Origin: an uncultured virus (IMG/VR IMGVR_UViG_3300046507_000662)
Taxonomy: Duplodnaviria; Heunggongvirae; Uroviricota; Caudoviricetes
DNA: 64,000 nt
Reading direction: 5' to 3' (one strand)
Virus record (IMG/VR): IMGVR_UViG_3300046507_000662
This document shows, one piece after another, positions 37,351-47,083 of this stretch. The notes under the pieces are model-generated. The model was not told where the DNA came from and searched no databases. It saw only the letters and a list, made by a program, of their open reading frames with translations. Each line of letters starts with the position of its first letter. Position 1 is the first letter of the stretch. Both the position numbers and the translations under genes were made by a program.

Positions 37351-37863
37351 TCGCCACCGCCCAGGCCTGCCGCGGCAGCCAGGTCGACGGTGTCGATGAA
37401 GGCGGTGTCCTTCTCGTGCGCCTCGGTGATGAGCGGCTCCACAGCACGCCAGCGCGCTGCGGCCTGGACGTCCGGTGCCTCGCGGGCCTCGGTGGAGGCC
37501 TTGGACGACTCCGCCAGACGGCGGCCGTCCTTCACCCACTGCTCCATCTCGTCCAGGTCCTTCGCGACGTTCCGCTCGAGCCAGTCCGTGTGCTCTTCCG
37601 GGTCCGGTCCGTCCTCGAACGGGCCCTGGAACCAGACGGTGATCTCCGCAGCCTTGCCCGGGTCGACCTCGTTCAGGGCGTGCAGGGCTCGCGCGAAGCC
37701 GGCAGTCATGGATCCGGCGATGGCCTGCCAGCCCATGGCGGCCGGATGCTTGGGAAGCGGGGAGACGAGAGTGCGGGTGTGGAGCTCGCCGAGGTCGGTG
37801 AGGAGCTGCTCGGGAGTCTGCGGGATCTCAATGTCGGTCTCGGTCTCGGGTGTGGCGGTCATG
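37347..37863 (-). CDS. Hypothetical protein
   Basis: MTATPETE... after RBS GAGGAGG; start approximate. Confidence 0.6.
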
Positions 37864-37876
37864 CGGGGTTGCCTCC

Positions 37877-38422
37877 TCAGGCGGGCAGGTAGTGGATGCG
37901 GATGGCCTGGTCGTCGCCCTCGGCGGCGTCCCAGTCGACGAGCCACGGGCACTCGGCGCCCTCGGGCTGCCACTCGAAGACCGCCCAGTGCGCGCGGATG
38001 TCGTCGAAGTCGACGTAGTCGAGGTCCACGCCGCCCATCTCGTCCAGGTAGGTGCGGGCCGCGGCGATGGCCTTCGCTCGGTCGCCGGTGAGGACGATCA
38101 GGTCACCGTCCTCACCGATGGAACAGAGCGGGACGCCTTCCCATACACCTTCCAGGTCGTCGACGGTGGGGATGAAGCGTCCCATCGGAAGGTCGGGGAC
38201 GGGCACGACCTGCTCGAGGTAGCGCAGGCCCTCGTAGTCGGGGCGGAGGGGCAGGTTGGAGCGCTGCCCGTCCAGGCGGACCCGCAGGCTGGCCGGGTCG
38301 TCGGTGATGGCGGTGATGATGCCCGGCAGGTACAGGGTTTCGGAGTCGTCGTGCAGGCTGCGGTAGTACGCGAACTCGACACGGCGGCCGATGACGGCCA
38401 GGTCCTCGAGGGTGCTCGTCAT
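37877..38422 (-). CDS. Hypothetical protein
   Basis: Coupled operon. Confidence 0.7.
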   Translation of the reverse strand: MTSTLEDLAVIGRRVEFAYYRSLHDDSETLYLPGIITAITDDPASLRVRLDGQRSNLPLRPDYEGLRYLEQVVPVPDLPMGRFIPTVDDLEGVWEGVPLCSIGEDGDLIVLTGDRAKAIAAARTYLDEMGGVDLDYVDFDDIRAHWAVFEWQPEGAECPWLVDWDAAEGDDQAIRIHYLPA

Positions 38423-38940
38423 GCGGAATGCGCCCCCGCCCTGGCGAGACGCTTAGCGCAGTCCGTCCAAGCGACGACAGGCGGGAACTCGCCCTTTCCC
38501 CACGGCCCGGTACAGGCCTCGCAGATCTCCATCTCGCTCAGGTGCGAGCAGGTCTCCTTGCCGGGGATCTCGTTGCCGTCTTCGTCGACGAAGTCGTCGC
38601 ACTCCTTCTCCAGGCACTCCAGGTCGCCTCCAGTAACGGTGACCGGGGTGTGAGTGAGAGGAGCTTGCCTCGACTCTCCGTCGCGCAGGGAACGCTTCCT
38701 GGCACGGCAGGAGGCCCACGGCACCATCTCGCCGCACTCCTCGGAGCAGGCGCCGCACGCCTCGCCTGCTGGTGCATCGAGGCAGATCGGTCCGCTGTCG
38801 CTGGACGGGTGTCGTTCCCGCCAGGCATCCCAGGCGTCGCCGAAGAACTCGTACCTCGGCTCGGCCCCGTGGGGGCACTCCGTGGCGCCTGCTTCCCAGA
38901 ACCATGGCTCGGGCTTGTGATCCTCAAGGGCGGTCGTCAT
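38419..38940 (-). CDS. Cys-rich hypothetical protein
   Basis: Many Cys; coupled operon. Confidence 0.65.
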   Translation of the reverse strand: MTTALEDHKPEPWFWEAGATECPHGAEPRYEFFGDAWDAWRERHPSSDSGPICLDAPAGEACGACSEECGEMVPWASCRARKRSLRDGESRQAPLTHTPVTVTGGDLECLEKECDDFVDEDGNEIPGKETCSHLSEMEICEACTGPWGKGEFPPVVAWTDCAKRLARAGAHSA

Positions 38941-39383
38941 GGCGTGGTGGTCTCCTTCGGGGTCTTAGAGCGTCGGGTGAACGGGAGCCGGCCGGAGGGC
39001 CGCGTGAACATGCGCCGTACGGGCGGCCGGGACGGGGTACGCGCGGGCTCGAGGACCGCCGTCACGATGTCGGGATGCCACAGCTCGATCCACACGCCGT
39101 GGCGCCGCCACACGCACGTCACACGGCCCGGCGTGCTGTAGTCGAACCCCGGCCGCTGATCGCCGACGCCGCCCAGAACAAGCGGGTACTCAGACGCGAA
39201 CAGGCGCAGAGCATGCGCGGCACCCGGGCCGACCACCTCAGCAACCAGCCGCGGTGAGCCGTCCGGAGCCTTCGTCTCACGCCAGTCGGGCACGCGGGCC
39301 CTGAAGTTGCGGTGGTTGGTGAACAGGTACCAGGCCTTCACGGCGTGGTCCTTCTCGGTGGCGACAGTCTCGGGATCGGTCAT
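38937..39383 (-). CDS. Hypothetical protein
   Basis: MTDPETVA... after RBS AGGAAGG. Confidence 0.65.
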   Translation of the reverse strand: MTDPETVATEKDHAVKAWYLFTNHRNFRARVPDWRETKAPDGSPRLVAEVVGPGAAHALRLFASEYPLVLGGVGDQRPGFDYSTPGRVTCVWRRHGVWIELWHPDIVTAVLEPARTPSRPPVRRMFTRPSGRLPFTRRSKTPKETTTP

Positions 39384-39433
39384 GAGGCCTTCCTGCGGGT
39401 GAGGGAGCGGTAGAGGTGGTGGATGGTGCGGGA

Positions 39434-40189
39434 TCACGCGGCGGGCAGCGTCAACGCCGATAGACGGCGCACCGCGGCTTCCGCGTAGGGTTCGTGGGCT
39501 TCGATGCCGATCGCCCGGCGTCCGGCCTGGCGGGCGGCGTCCAAGGTGCTGCCGCTTCCGGCGAACGGGTCGATGACCAGGCCGCCTTCGGGGCAGGCGT
39601 AGGCGATGAGGTGCTCCAGAAGCCCGGTTACCGGCTTCTCCGTCGGATGGATCGCAGCCCGCTGCATCGACTTCGCGTACAGCACCGACCGTGCGAGGCG
39701 GAGTCCGTCGTCGCTGTAGGTGGCGCCGCCGATGTCCCCGGTGTGCGGGGGCCGGGCAGCGCGGGCGCTGACGGTGCGGCCCTTGCTGTTGTAGGTGGAC
39801 GGCAGTCGTGGGACGTCGCGGTGGATGCTGGCCCAGTTGCCGCGGTACCAGTGGGTGGCGATCTCGTGGACGCGGCGAAAGCGGTCGGTGGCGAATCCGC
39901 TGCCGTTGTGCTTCTCCCACACGACGTCCTGGCTGAGCTTCCAGTCGGCGAACTCCGGTCCGCGGTCGAGGAACATGCGCATCGAGCCGAAGCACCACAT
40001 CGACGATGCGGCGGCAGCCGCGAGGGCCGGCCAACCGGTGGGCCACCGGTCCCAGGCGAGGCTGGTTTCCGCATACGGTGGATCGGCCACGATCAAGTCG
40101 GCCTGCACTCCGAGCTCGGGCAGGACTTCCCGCATGTCGCCCAGGTACAGGGCTATCCCGGTGTCGGTGTCTTTCCAGTAGGGCTTCAC
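39434..40189 (-). CDS. Orphan N6A/N4C DNA methyltransferase (beta class)
   Basis: DPPY before HPTEKP...DPFAGSGST. Confidence 0.9.
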   Translation of the reverse strand: MKPYWKDTDTGIALYLGDMREVLPELGVQADLIVADPPYAETSLAWDRWPTGWPALAAAAASSMWCFGSMRMFLDRGPEFADWKLSQDVVWEKHNGSGFATDRFRRVHEIATHWYRGNWASIHRDVPRLPSTYNSKGRTVSARAARPPHTGDIGGATYSDDGLRLARSVLYAKSMQRAAIHPTEKPVTGLLEHLIAYACPEGGLVIDPFAGSGSTLDAARQAGRRAIGIEAHEPYAEAAVRRLSALTLPAA

Positions 40190-40281
40190 GTGGCGGCCTT
40201 TCGCGCGCATCGGTAGAGGTGGTGGAGGGTTCGGGGTGTGAGCTGCCAGACCGCCAGTGGGTAGAGCAGGAACGCGGTCAC
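40186..40281 (-). CDS. 31-aa sORF MTAFLLYPLAVWQLTPRTLHHLYRCARKAAT
   Basis: Start and stop both overlap neighbours (GTGA); manually translated. Confidence 0.45.
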   Translation of the reverse strand: MTAFLLYPLAVWQLTPRTLHHLYRCARKAAT

Positions 40282-40661
40282 GGCGTCCGCCTGCGCAGCC
40301 GGCCCGCGGTGTCACGGAGCAGGGCGATCGCCTTGGCTGTGCCGTTGCCCTTGTAGTCGCACCAGGTGGCCAGGGAAGGCGCATTGGTACGCGCGAGGAC
40401 TGCCACCACTACGGCCCGGGTGAACGGGTCGCGTCCGAGGTGCAGGGGGGTGCCGTGCATGGCCACGTTGATCGCACCGTCCAGGTCCACCGCGCACCGG
40501 TCCGGCGGGGTGCCGTCCCTGAATTGCCGGGTGTTGAACAGGTAGTGCTTGTAGAACCCGAACCTGACGATGTGGGCGCGGGCCCTATCGCAGGCGTCGG
40601 CGATCTCCGCGTCGGTAGGCGTGGTGGGCGCGGATACGTTCTGAACGATCACCGCTTGCAC
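40278..40661 (-). CDS. DUF6197-like protein
   Basis: HIVRFG...DLDGAI...LATWCD...AIALLR. Confidence 0.6.
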   Translation of the reverse strand: MQAVIVQNVSAPTTPTDAEIADACDRARAHIVRFGFYKHYLFNTRQFRDGTPPDRCAVDLDGAINVAMHGTPLHLGRDPFTRAVVVAVLARTNAPSLATWCDYKGNGTAKAIALLRDTAGRLRRRTP

Positions 40662-40975
40662 TCCCCTTCATGGAGGGGCTTCAGCAGGTGGTCGACCTCC
40701 GCGACCAGGTACACGTGGTGCGGGCCCTGCAATGCCAGCACCTCGCCGCGGCCTGGCACGGCACCAGGCGGCCGGATCTCCCACCGCATACCGTCCGGTG
40801 CCGGCCACACGTACAGGCGGTCACCGCGCTTCGCGGCAGCCTGCTGGCCGGTGGCCTCGATGGGGATGCGGACCTCGATGTAGTCGGGGGTGGCAGTGGC
40901 TGCCCAGCCCAGGCGGGCGAGGTGGTTGGTGACCCTGGCTGTGAATGGGGCGGGCAGGGCGGCGAGGGTGTTCAT
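40649..40975 (-). CDS. Hypothetical protein
   Basis: MNTLAALP... after RBS GAAGGG. Confidence 0.6.
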   Translation of the reverse strand: MNTLAALPAPFTARVTNHLARLGWAATATPDYIEVRIPIEATGQQAAAKRGDRLYVWPAPDGMRWEIRPPGAVPGRGEVLALQGPHHVYLVAEVDHLLKPLHEGECKR

Positions 40976-41057
40976 GGGGTGCCCTTCGGACGTAGGGGCG
41001 GGTTCATCCGCGAGGTCTGGGAAAGTGGAGGGTGCGAGGCGTGAAGCAGGAACGCGG

Positions 41058-41501
41058 TCACCACGGCGACTCGCCATCTCCCCAGCCGAACCCGACAGCC
41101 GTACGCCCGCGTCGGATGCGGCGCGGCATCCCCCAACGCTGCTCGTCCAGACGGGCCTGGATGCGCAGCCACGGGTGGCAGACGTCGGTCTTGCAGTCCG
41201 CGCAGTACGGGTCCGCGCTCTCACCGGTGTGGTCCGCAGCCCACGCGGTGGCGGCGTGGTACTTCGCAGGCTCCGCGGTCAGGCGGGCACTGCGACGCCG
41301 CAGCATCCGGCCCAGGATGGTTGCCTGGTCCGGCTTCTCCCAGGTGTGCGTGTCACTGAGAGCAGGCGCCCAGCGACGGCCGTGACAGTCCTGCGCGGTT
41401 CCACACCAGAGGCAGCCGTACGGCGCGTCGAAGGACTTCACCGACTCGGGCAGGTCCAGGGTGATCTTCACTGTGCGCCTTCCGGCAGTTCGGGTCCGCA
41501 T
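41058..41501 (-). CDS. Cys-containing hypothetical protein
   Basis: PYGCLWCG...CADC; start uncertain. Confidence 0.6.
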   Translation of the reverse strand: MRTRTAGRRTVKITLDLPESVKSFDAPYGCLWCGTAQDCHGRRWAPALSDTHTWEKPDQATILGRMLRRRSARLTAEPAKYHAATAWAADHTGESADPYCADCKTDVCHPWLRIQARLDEQRWGMPRRIRRGRTAVGFGWGDGESPW

Positions 41502-41744
41502 AAGGGTGAGGGCCGCCCACCGCGGGCTGCGATGTCTGGGTGGGCGGCCCGATCGTGGTGGGGGGTGGGACTGTCGGTCAGTTGGTTCCAGGGCCTACGG
41601 CCGGAACGTTGGGGGCCCCCGGCAGGGGAAGACTGAGCGCCTGCCGCAGCGCGTCCATCTGCGCCTGGCTGTCCGCCAACTCCTCAGCGGTAGCGGTCTC
41701 GGTCCAGTCCTGTTCGTTGTCCATGTCGGGCTCCTTCACTTCGC

Positions 41745-42032
41745 CTACGCGGCCAGCAGGCGCTGCGCCGCCTTGTCGAACAGGCGCCGGTACACCCGCA
41801 TGCGGTGCCCCGGCTCCTCCTTGCTCATCTGCTGCTCGGTGTCGTGGAGCAGGCCGCGCACCGTCAAGACCAGGCCGGACGGGATGGCTACCGTGTGGGT
41901 GCCGGTGTCCGCGTCCATCTGGGCGTTCTGCAGGGCCAGCTCGATCTCCGGCCCGGCGGTTGTTGCGGGAAGCGACTGGCGGAGGGCTCGGACGATGCGG
42001 GCAGGGAGGGTGATGACGGTGGCGTTCTGCAT
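41745..42032 (-). CDS. Hypothetical protein
   Basis: RBS GGAGG. Confidence 0.65.
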   Translation of the reverse strand: MQNATVITLPARIVRALRQSLPATTAGPEIELALQNAQMDADTGTHTVAIPSGLVLTVRGLLHDTEQQMSKEEPGHRMRVYRRLFDKAAQRLLAA

Positions 42033-42068
42033 GTTCGGTCCTCCGTGAGGCGTCGGCCGGGGGGTGTG

Positions 42069-42173
42069 GGGTCCTGCCCCGAGGTTCCGGGGGGGGCGGG
42101 GCAGGACCCTGGGGGGGGGTGGCCTCCGAGGGGGCGGAGGCCGGGGAGGGCCTCCCGAGGGGGGAGGGAGGCC
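42069..42173 (-). ncRNA. Three tandem hairpins with C-rich loops (6C-RNA-like)
   Basis: Perfect stems at 42069-42109, 42121-42142 and 42149-42173 with C-run loops on the minus strand. Confidence 0.4.
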
Positions 42174-42183
42174 GCTGGTGGCT

Positions 42184-42720
42184 CTACTGGTCGTAGTGGT
42201 CGCTGGGGTCGTCGGGCTCGCCCTGCCGGGTCATGTAGGCCGAGCTGTCCGGCCAGAGAGACCTGACGTGGGCGGCAGTTACGGATGCAGCCCGCGCCCC
42301 GCCGGGAAACGCCTGCCGATTGATTCGCGACACGACGGCCCGAAGCGCGGGTCGGCCCTCAGGGGGCACCTCGCCGACTCGATCCGGGGTCCACAGATCG
42401 CCGTATACGGCCTCCCAAGCCAGCCGCCGGCCCTTGCTGGCGGGGACACGCTGGCCAGGACGGGACTCGAGCAGCGCTATGAAGCGGGACACGGCTACGT
42501 GGAAGTCGGCGGTCGGGGGGACGGGCTTGGTGTGGGGTCGGTCGGCAACGATGCGGTAATAACGGACCCTGTAGCCGAAGTCAGCCCACTCTTCAGCGTG
42601 CTTGGCGGCGGCGACGGTGAGGAGTTCCTGGCTGACCTTCTCTTCGTCTTGTGCGGTCACGTTCTCGCGGAGGGAGTCCGGGACGGTGTGGCCGTTCGGG
42701 TCAACAAGGCGCAGGTTCAC
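42184..42720 (-). CDS. Hypothetical protein
   Basis: Directly downstream of motif promoter copy 3. Confidence 0.65.
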   Translation of the reverse strand: MNLRLVDPNGHTVPDSLRENVTAQDEEKVSQELLTVAAAKHAEEWADFGYRVRYYRIVADRPHTKPVPPTADFHVAVSRFIALLESRPGQRVPASKGRRLAWEAVYGDLWTPDRVGEVPPEGRPALRAVVSRINRQAFPGGARAASVTAAHVRSLWPDSSAYMTRQGEPDDPSDHYDQ

Positions 42721-42759
42721 GTGTCCCCCAGGGACGGTGGTGGTTGGTGCGGTGTGTCC

Positions 42760-42796
42760 ACTCTAGGGCATCTTCTATTACGTACGCAATACAAGA
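42760..42796 (-). promoter_or_regulatory. Conserved operator/promoter, copy 3
   Basis: Identical 26-mer on minus strand; TTGCGT-N18-TAGAGT. Confidence 0.8.
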
Positions 42797-42865
42797 TGCG
42801 GGAGGATCACACACGAAAGGGGCCCAACCCGAAGGCCAGACCCCTCTGCGTACGCCCTCACCAGG

Positions 42866-43372
42866 TCAGAAAGGAGGCTCGTCCCCAGCCCACGACCCCG
42901 CGGCCTGACCCGCCGACTGCGCCGCCGCACCCCACGGATCACCCGACCCCGCCGACTGCTGCTGACGGGCCTGCTGGAACTCCTGCCGGCCCTGGCCCTG
43001 CCCCGAGTTCCCCGAAGCCTTCGTCACCTTCGCCGTGGCGGATCGAAGCGACGGACCGATCGCATCGATACGGACCGCAATCTTCGAACGCTTCTGGCCG
43101 GACTGCTTGTCCTCCCACGACTCCTGCACGGCCCGGCCCACCGCGACCACCTCCATTCCCTTGTCCAGGGACTCACAGATGTTTTCCGCGAGCTGCTTGA
43201 AGGCCTTGCAGTCCCAGTACGTAGTATCCGCGTCGGACCACTCGCCAGAGGCCGGGTCCTTCACCCGCCGCGACGTAACGATGGTGAACGCCGCTACAGC
43301 CATTCCCTGCGCGCTGAAACGAAGCTCAGGCGACGCGGTCAACCGGCCGGTCAAGGTCATCGTGGTGCTCAT
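42866..43372 (-). CDS. ssb: Single-stranded DNA-binding protein
   Basis: LTGRLTASPELRF OB-fold; acidic C-terminal DEPPF. Confidence 0.95.
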   Translation of the reverse strand: MSTTMTLTGRLTASPELRFSAQGMAVAAFTIVTSRRVKDPASGEWSDADTTYWDCKAFKQLAENICESLDKGMEVVAVGRAVQESWEDKQSGQKRSKIAVRIDAIGPSLRSATAKVTKASGNSGQGQGRQEFQQARQQQSAGSGDPWGAAAQSAGQAAGSWAGDEPPF

Positions 43373-44334
43373 GCTGCTTCCTCCATCTGGTTCTGCCTCA
43401 GGTCTCGTTCACGCGGCACGTACACGCGCCGCCACGGCTCGGTACGGCCCTCCTGGCGGGCCTTCTTCTTGATGCGGGACCACGTCTGCCACACCGCGTC
43501 GACCGTCATCTCCAGCTGGGCGGCGATCTCTTCCGGGGTGTCGTTGGTCCACTCGAACAGGTGCTGCAAGACCTGCTTACGGTCTTCTGAGCGGAGGATG
43601 ACGGACTCGCCGTGCAGCCACCGGTCCGCGACGTTCCCGCCCTCGGTCGCGACCGGCTCCACCACGTCCGTGAGCGGCTGCGCTTTCGGGTCGTCGATCG
43701 TCTCGTCGTCCCACGCCAGCGGGCCGTTCCAGGAAAGACTCCGCGCATACTGGCGGGTCTCTTCTGCGCGCTCCGCGTCTACGCCCTGATTCTCCGGACG
43801 GACCGACCACAGGTCGTTGTACAACTGGCCCACTCGGGCTGCCACAGTCAGCCGCACCCCAGAACGTCGGAAGGTCCGGTCAATCCAGCCAGGATGGACA
43901 CCCAGACGCGCCTCCAGCACTTCTTGCGGCCAGCCCAGCCAGATCAGAGCCTGAATCCGCCGGCGGGTTCCAACCCGGTCCACGATCGCCGTCGTAGTGA
44001 TGATCCCGGTGGGGGACGGCACAGGAACCGACATGATCTTTCGCTCCGAGTCCCGCGTAATGGGCTCGCCACGCAAGGCCCGGTAGTACGTGGTACGCGC
44101 AATGCCCACCAGCGCCATGACCTCCTTGTCCAGCAACCCGGCGTGCCGAAACGCCTGAAGGCGAGCAGCGGACCGGTCAGAGGCCACATCGCCAGGACGG
44201 CCCGTGGCCAGAAGAAACTTGTTTCGCTTCCTGCGGTTGCGGCGGGCTTCCAAGCACTCGGTCCGCTTGCATCCGTAGTCCGCGCACGACCCGTTGCCGT
44301 GCTGTACCCGGCTGTTCGGGGGACGCCTCGTCAC
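43369..44334 (-). CDS. Phage protein with Zn motif and HTH segments
   Basis: HG...GCKRTEC; GTRRRIQALIWLGW; C-terminal EIAAQLEMT. Confidence 0.7.
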   Translation of the reverse strand: MTRRPPNSRVQHGNGSCADYGCKRTECLEARRNRRKRNKFLLATGRPGDVASDRSAARLQAFRHAGLLDKEVMALVGIARTTYYRALRGEPITRDSERKIMSVPVPSPTGIITTTAIVDRVGTRRRIQALIWLGWPQEVLEARLGVHPGWIDRTFRRSGVRLTVAARVGQLYNDLWSVRPENQGVDAERAEETRQYARSLSWNGPLAWDDETIDDPKAQPLTDVVEPVATEGGNVADRWLHGESVILRSEDRKQVLQHLFEWTNDTPEEIAAQLEMTVDAVWQTWSRIKKKARQEGRTEPWRRVYVPRERDLRQNQMEEAA

Positions 44335-44792
44335 ACCGTCACCCCCTGTGCGGCAGCAGCCTGCTCCCGCTCTGCGTTGAACTGCCTGATTGCCTTCGAT
44401 ACCGCCGTCTTGTCGACGCCCAATTGGCCTGCGATCGACTTCTGAGTGACCCCCGCGTCGAGCTGCTTCTCAATCCATGCCCGCTGGCTCAGGCACTTGT
44501 CCAGGGATGTTGCCCTCGGCTGGCGCAGGCCCTTGCGCTCACGTTCCGACAGACCGCCCCACACTCCGGCCGACTGCCCGGTCTTCAACGCCCACTCGAG
44601 GCAGGCCTTCCTTACCGGGCACCCAGCGCAGACCTGCTTGGCATCATCGATTTGCTCCAGCCAGCCGGGCGTGTGGGCCGTCGGGAAGTGCAGGTCGGGG
44701 TCGACGTACCGGCAGGCGGCGCCCGTCCGCCAATCGGTGTCGGGCGCGGCAGGACTCATAGGGAGGCGCGTTTCGGTCGCGGTGGCGGTCAT
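44331..44792 (-). CDS. whiB: WhiB-family regulator with C-terminal HTH
   Basis: AAC...AKQVCAGCPVRKAC...GVWGGLSERER. Confidence 0.9.
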   Translation of the reverse strand: MTATATETRLPMSPAAPDTDWRTGAACRYVDPDLHFPTAHTPGWLEQIDDAKQVCAGCPVRKACLEWALKTGQSAGVWGGLSERERKGLRQPRATSLDKCLSQRAWIEKQLDAGVTQKSIAGQLGVDKTAVSKAIRQFNAEREQAAAAQGVTV

Positions 44793-45337
44793 CGGTTGGC
44801 TCCGGGAAGGGTGTAGAGGCGGATGATCGCGCCAGGTTCGGTGAGGACGTCGGGGTGGCTGGGGTCGCCGGCGTAGTACTTGGCGAGTTGGCCGTATTCG
44901 ACGACTCGAGCGTCGTCCTTCCAGGCGCGGGCGGTGGTGAGGGCGTCTTCGGTGGAGCGGAGGAGCTTGGAGAGGTCGGGGGATGATGCGGGGCGCCACC
45001 AGAGGTATTTGGACCAGGGCAGGGCCTTGAGCCACCAGACGGGCTTGGACTGCGGTTTGGTCCGTACGGCGAAGATCATGTCTGCGGAGAGGGGTCCGTC
45101 GAGGGGCTTCCAGGTCGGGTACTCCCGTATGGCGGCCAGGGCGGCAGCGTGCACGCGTTCCCGCCAGGGCCTGACCCGTGTGGACTGTTCGAGGAGGACG
45201 GCGCTGACGCGTCCGGAGCGGGCGTTTCGGCGGTGACCGGCGTAGCGCTTTGATCCCTGGGGGGCCGGGTCGCCGTGGACGACGATGGTGAGGCAGAGTT
45301 GCCGGTCTATGGCGGGGGCGGTATCGGTGAGCGTCAT
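44789..45337 (-). CDS. rusA: RusA-like Holliday junction resolvase
   Basis: PAPQGSK...PDLSKLLRSTEDAL...DDARVV. Confidence 0.85.
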   Translation of the reverse strand: MTLTDTAPAIDRQLCLTIVVHGDPAPQGSKRYAGHRRNARSGRVSAVLLEQSTRVRPWRERVHAAALAAIREYPTWKPLDGPLSADMIFAVRTKPQSKPVWWLKALPWSKYLWWRPASSPDLSKLLRSTEDALTTARAWKDDARVVEYGQLAKYYAGDPSHPDVLTEPGAIIRLYTLPGANR

Positions 45338-45555
45338 TGGGCGTACTCCTGGACGGGGAAGGGGCCGTGGCGGCCGGTGCGGAGGTGTGTGGCTTCGCCG
45401 TGGCTGTGTCCGATGTGGACGCCGAGGCAGTAGCGGCAGCGGTAGTCGTTGAGGCGGGGGCCGCCTTCGCCGCGTATCTGCCGGGCTCTGCGGCGTCCGG
45501 TGCGGCGGCTGGGGAAGACGGTCTTGAGGTAGCAGCCCGCGAGGAAGCCGTTCAC
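45334..45555 (-). CDS. Small Zn-binding protein
   Basis: YRCRYCLGVHIGH; coupled on both sides. Confidence 0.65.
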   Translation of the reverse strand: MNGFLAGCYLKTVFPSRRTGRRRARQIRGEGGPRLNDYRCRYCLGVHIGHSHGEATHLRTGRHGPFPVQEYAQ

Positions 45556-46664
45556 GGGACCGTGGGGAACGCGTCGTGGGTACGACCGTCCAGGACACGG
45601 CCGGCGTTCTTCTTGCCGACGCGCTGGACGCAGGCCCATCCCTCGAGGTGGTCGTTGATGCCCCACTGGCCGTGGGTCTGGGTGCGGCCATCGGCGGGGT
45701 GGACGTAGAGGACGCGCTTCTCGTTCCAGGCGGAGGCCCTCGCGTCGGCGTCGAGGTCGTCCCGGGAAATCCAGTTGCCGTGCTGCTTGAACAGGAAGGG
45801 GACGTCTGCGGCGGCGCATTCGTCGCGGAGGGAGCGGAACCAGTCGGGGTGTGCCGGGCGGGCTTTCGGACCGGACTCCCCGCCTGCAACAACCCAGTTC
45901 AGACGTTCCGGCTGCCCGATGCCGAGGATGTCGGCGAGTTCCACAGGCCGGTAGTCGGCGGGGATGGGGATCCAGGAGGCGCTGAGGCGGATCGGGCCGA
46001 GGAGGGGTTCGGCGGAGATCCAGCGGACGGCGGCCGGGGTGTCGAGGAGGGCGGGGATGCGAATGTTGGCCCAGTGCTGGTTTTCGACGGACACGCCGAG
46101 GTGGAGGTTCGGCAGGGGCCACGGGGCGTTGTAGACGCGCTGTTCGGCGTCGTCGGGTACGCCGGGGATGCGCTCGGGGTTGGCCTTCGAGACGGCCCAG
46201 GCCATGGCGGATCGGAAGTGGACGCCGGGGACGTGGCCGTTTCCGCACGTGCAGTGGTCGTTCAGGACGGACCGCATCCGTGCGTGCCGCTTGGTCAGCA
46301 GCTGGTAGGAGTGCTGGGGGGTGAGCGCCATGATGGCGAACACCTTGGCGATGAAGTCGTCGGGGACGTTCTTGTGGAAGAGGTCGGAGAGAGAGTTGAC
46401 GAACACCTTCCGGGACGTCTTCCATCGCAACGGCTCGGTGAGGCGGTCGGCGAGGAGGTTGATCCGACCACTCCAGTCGACGCCCGCTTCGGTGCGCTGG
46501 GTGGTGCCGGCGAACGCCGCAGCGATTCGCGGGTGCGGGTTGCCCTCGCGGATCCGGGCGGTGCTGATCGCGTAGCACGAGTCGCATCCGGGGCTTACCC
46601 GGTCGCAGCCGATGATCGGTGACCATGTCTTGTCAGCCCATTCGATGCTGGTGTCGGTGGCCAT
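45552..46664 (-). CDS. DUF5131 (phage Gp37/Gp68) family protein
   Basis: TSIEW...GCDRVSPGCDSCYA...VFVNSLSDLFH...WVVAGGESG...FKQHG. Confidence 0.9.
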   Translation of the reverse strand: MATDTSIEWADKTWSPIIGCDRVSPGCDSCYAISTARIREGNPHPRIAAAFAGTTQRTEAGVDWSGRINLLADRLTEPLRWKTSRKVFVNSLSDLFHKNVPDDFIAKVFAIMALTPQHSYQLLTKRHARMRSVLNDHCTCGNGHVPGVHFRSAMAWAVSKANPERIPGVPDDAEQRVYNAPWPLPNLHLGVSVENQHWANIRIPALLDTPAAVRWISAEPLLGPIRLSASWIPIPADYRPVELADILGIGQPERLNWVVAGGESGPKARPAHPDWFRSLRDECAAADVPFLFKQHGNWISRDDLDADARASAWNEKRVLYVHPADGRTQTHGQWGINDHLEGWACVQRVGKKNAGRVLDGRTHDAFPTVP

Positions 46665-47083
46665 CAGGCGGTTCCTTCCTGGTGTTCGGCGCGGAGGCGG
46701 CCGACGTGCTTGAGGAATGCGGCGATCTCGAGCGGTGCGATGCGCGTGGCTTCGTCGAGGGCGGTCTGGCGGTCGTAGCGGTAGATCTGCTCGCGGGAGA
46801 GTTCGCCGCGGTAGATCCATTGGGTGCCGGTCCAGGCGTGTTCGTTGCCGGGGTTGTCGTTGAGGACGGCCCATCCGTCTGCGCGGCCGTCGAGGCGGCG
46901 TTTGACGCGGAGGTCGGCGTGGTGCCCGTAGGGATGGCCAGGGCAGGGGATGTGGAACTCCACGGCCTGCTCGAGCTGGGCGACGAGTTGGGCGATGTAG
47001 GCGGGATCTCGGAGGGCCTGCATGGTGGCGTGGTGTTCGGCTGCGGCGAGGGCGGCCGCGAAGCCGGGCGTCGTCTCGGTCAC
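46664..47083 (-). CDS. Hypothetical protein
   Basis: Coupled operon. Confidence 0.65.
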   Translation of the reverse strand: MTETTPGFAAALAAAEHHATMQALRDPAYIAQLVAQLEQAVEFHIPCPGHPYGHHADLRVKRRLDGRADGWAVLNDNPGNEHAWTGTQWIYRGELSREQIYRYDRQTALDEATRIAPLEIAAFLKHVGRLRAEHQEGTA

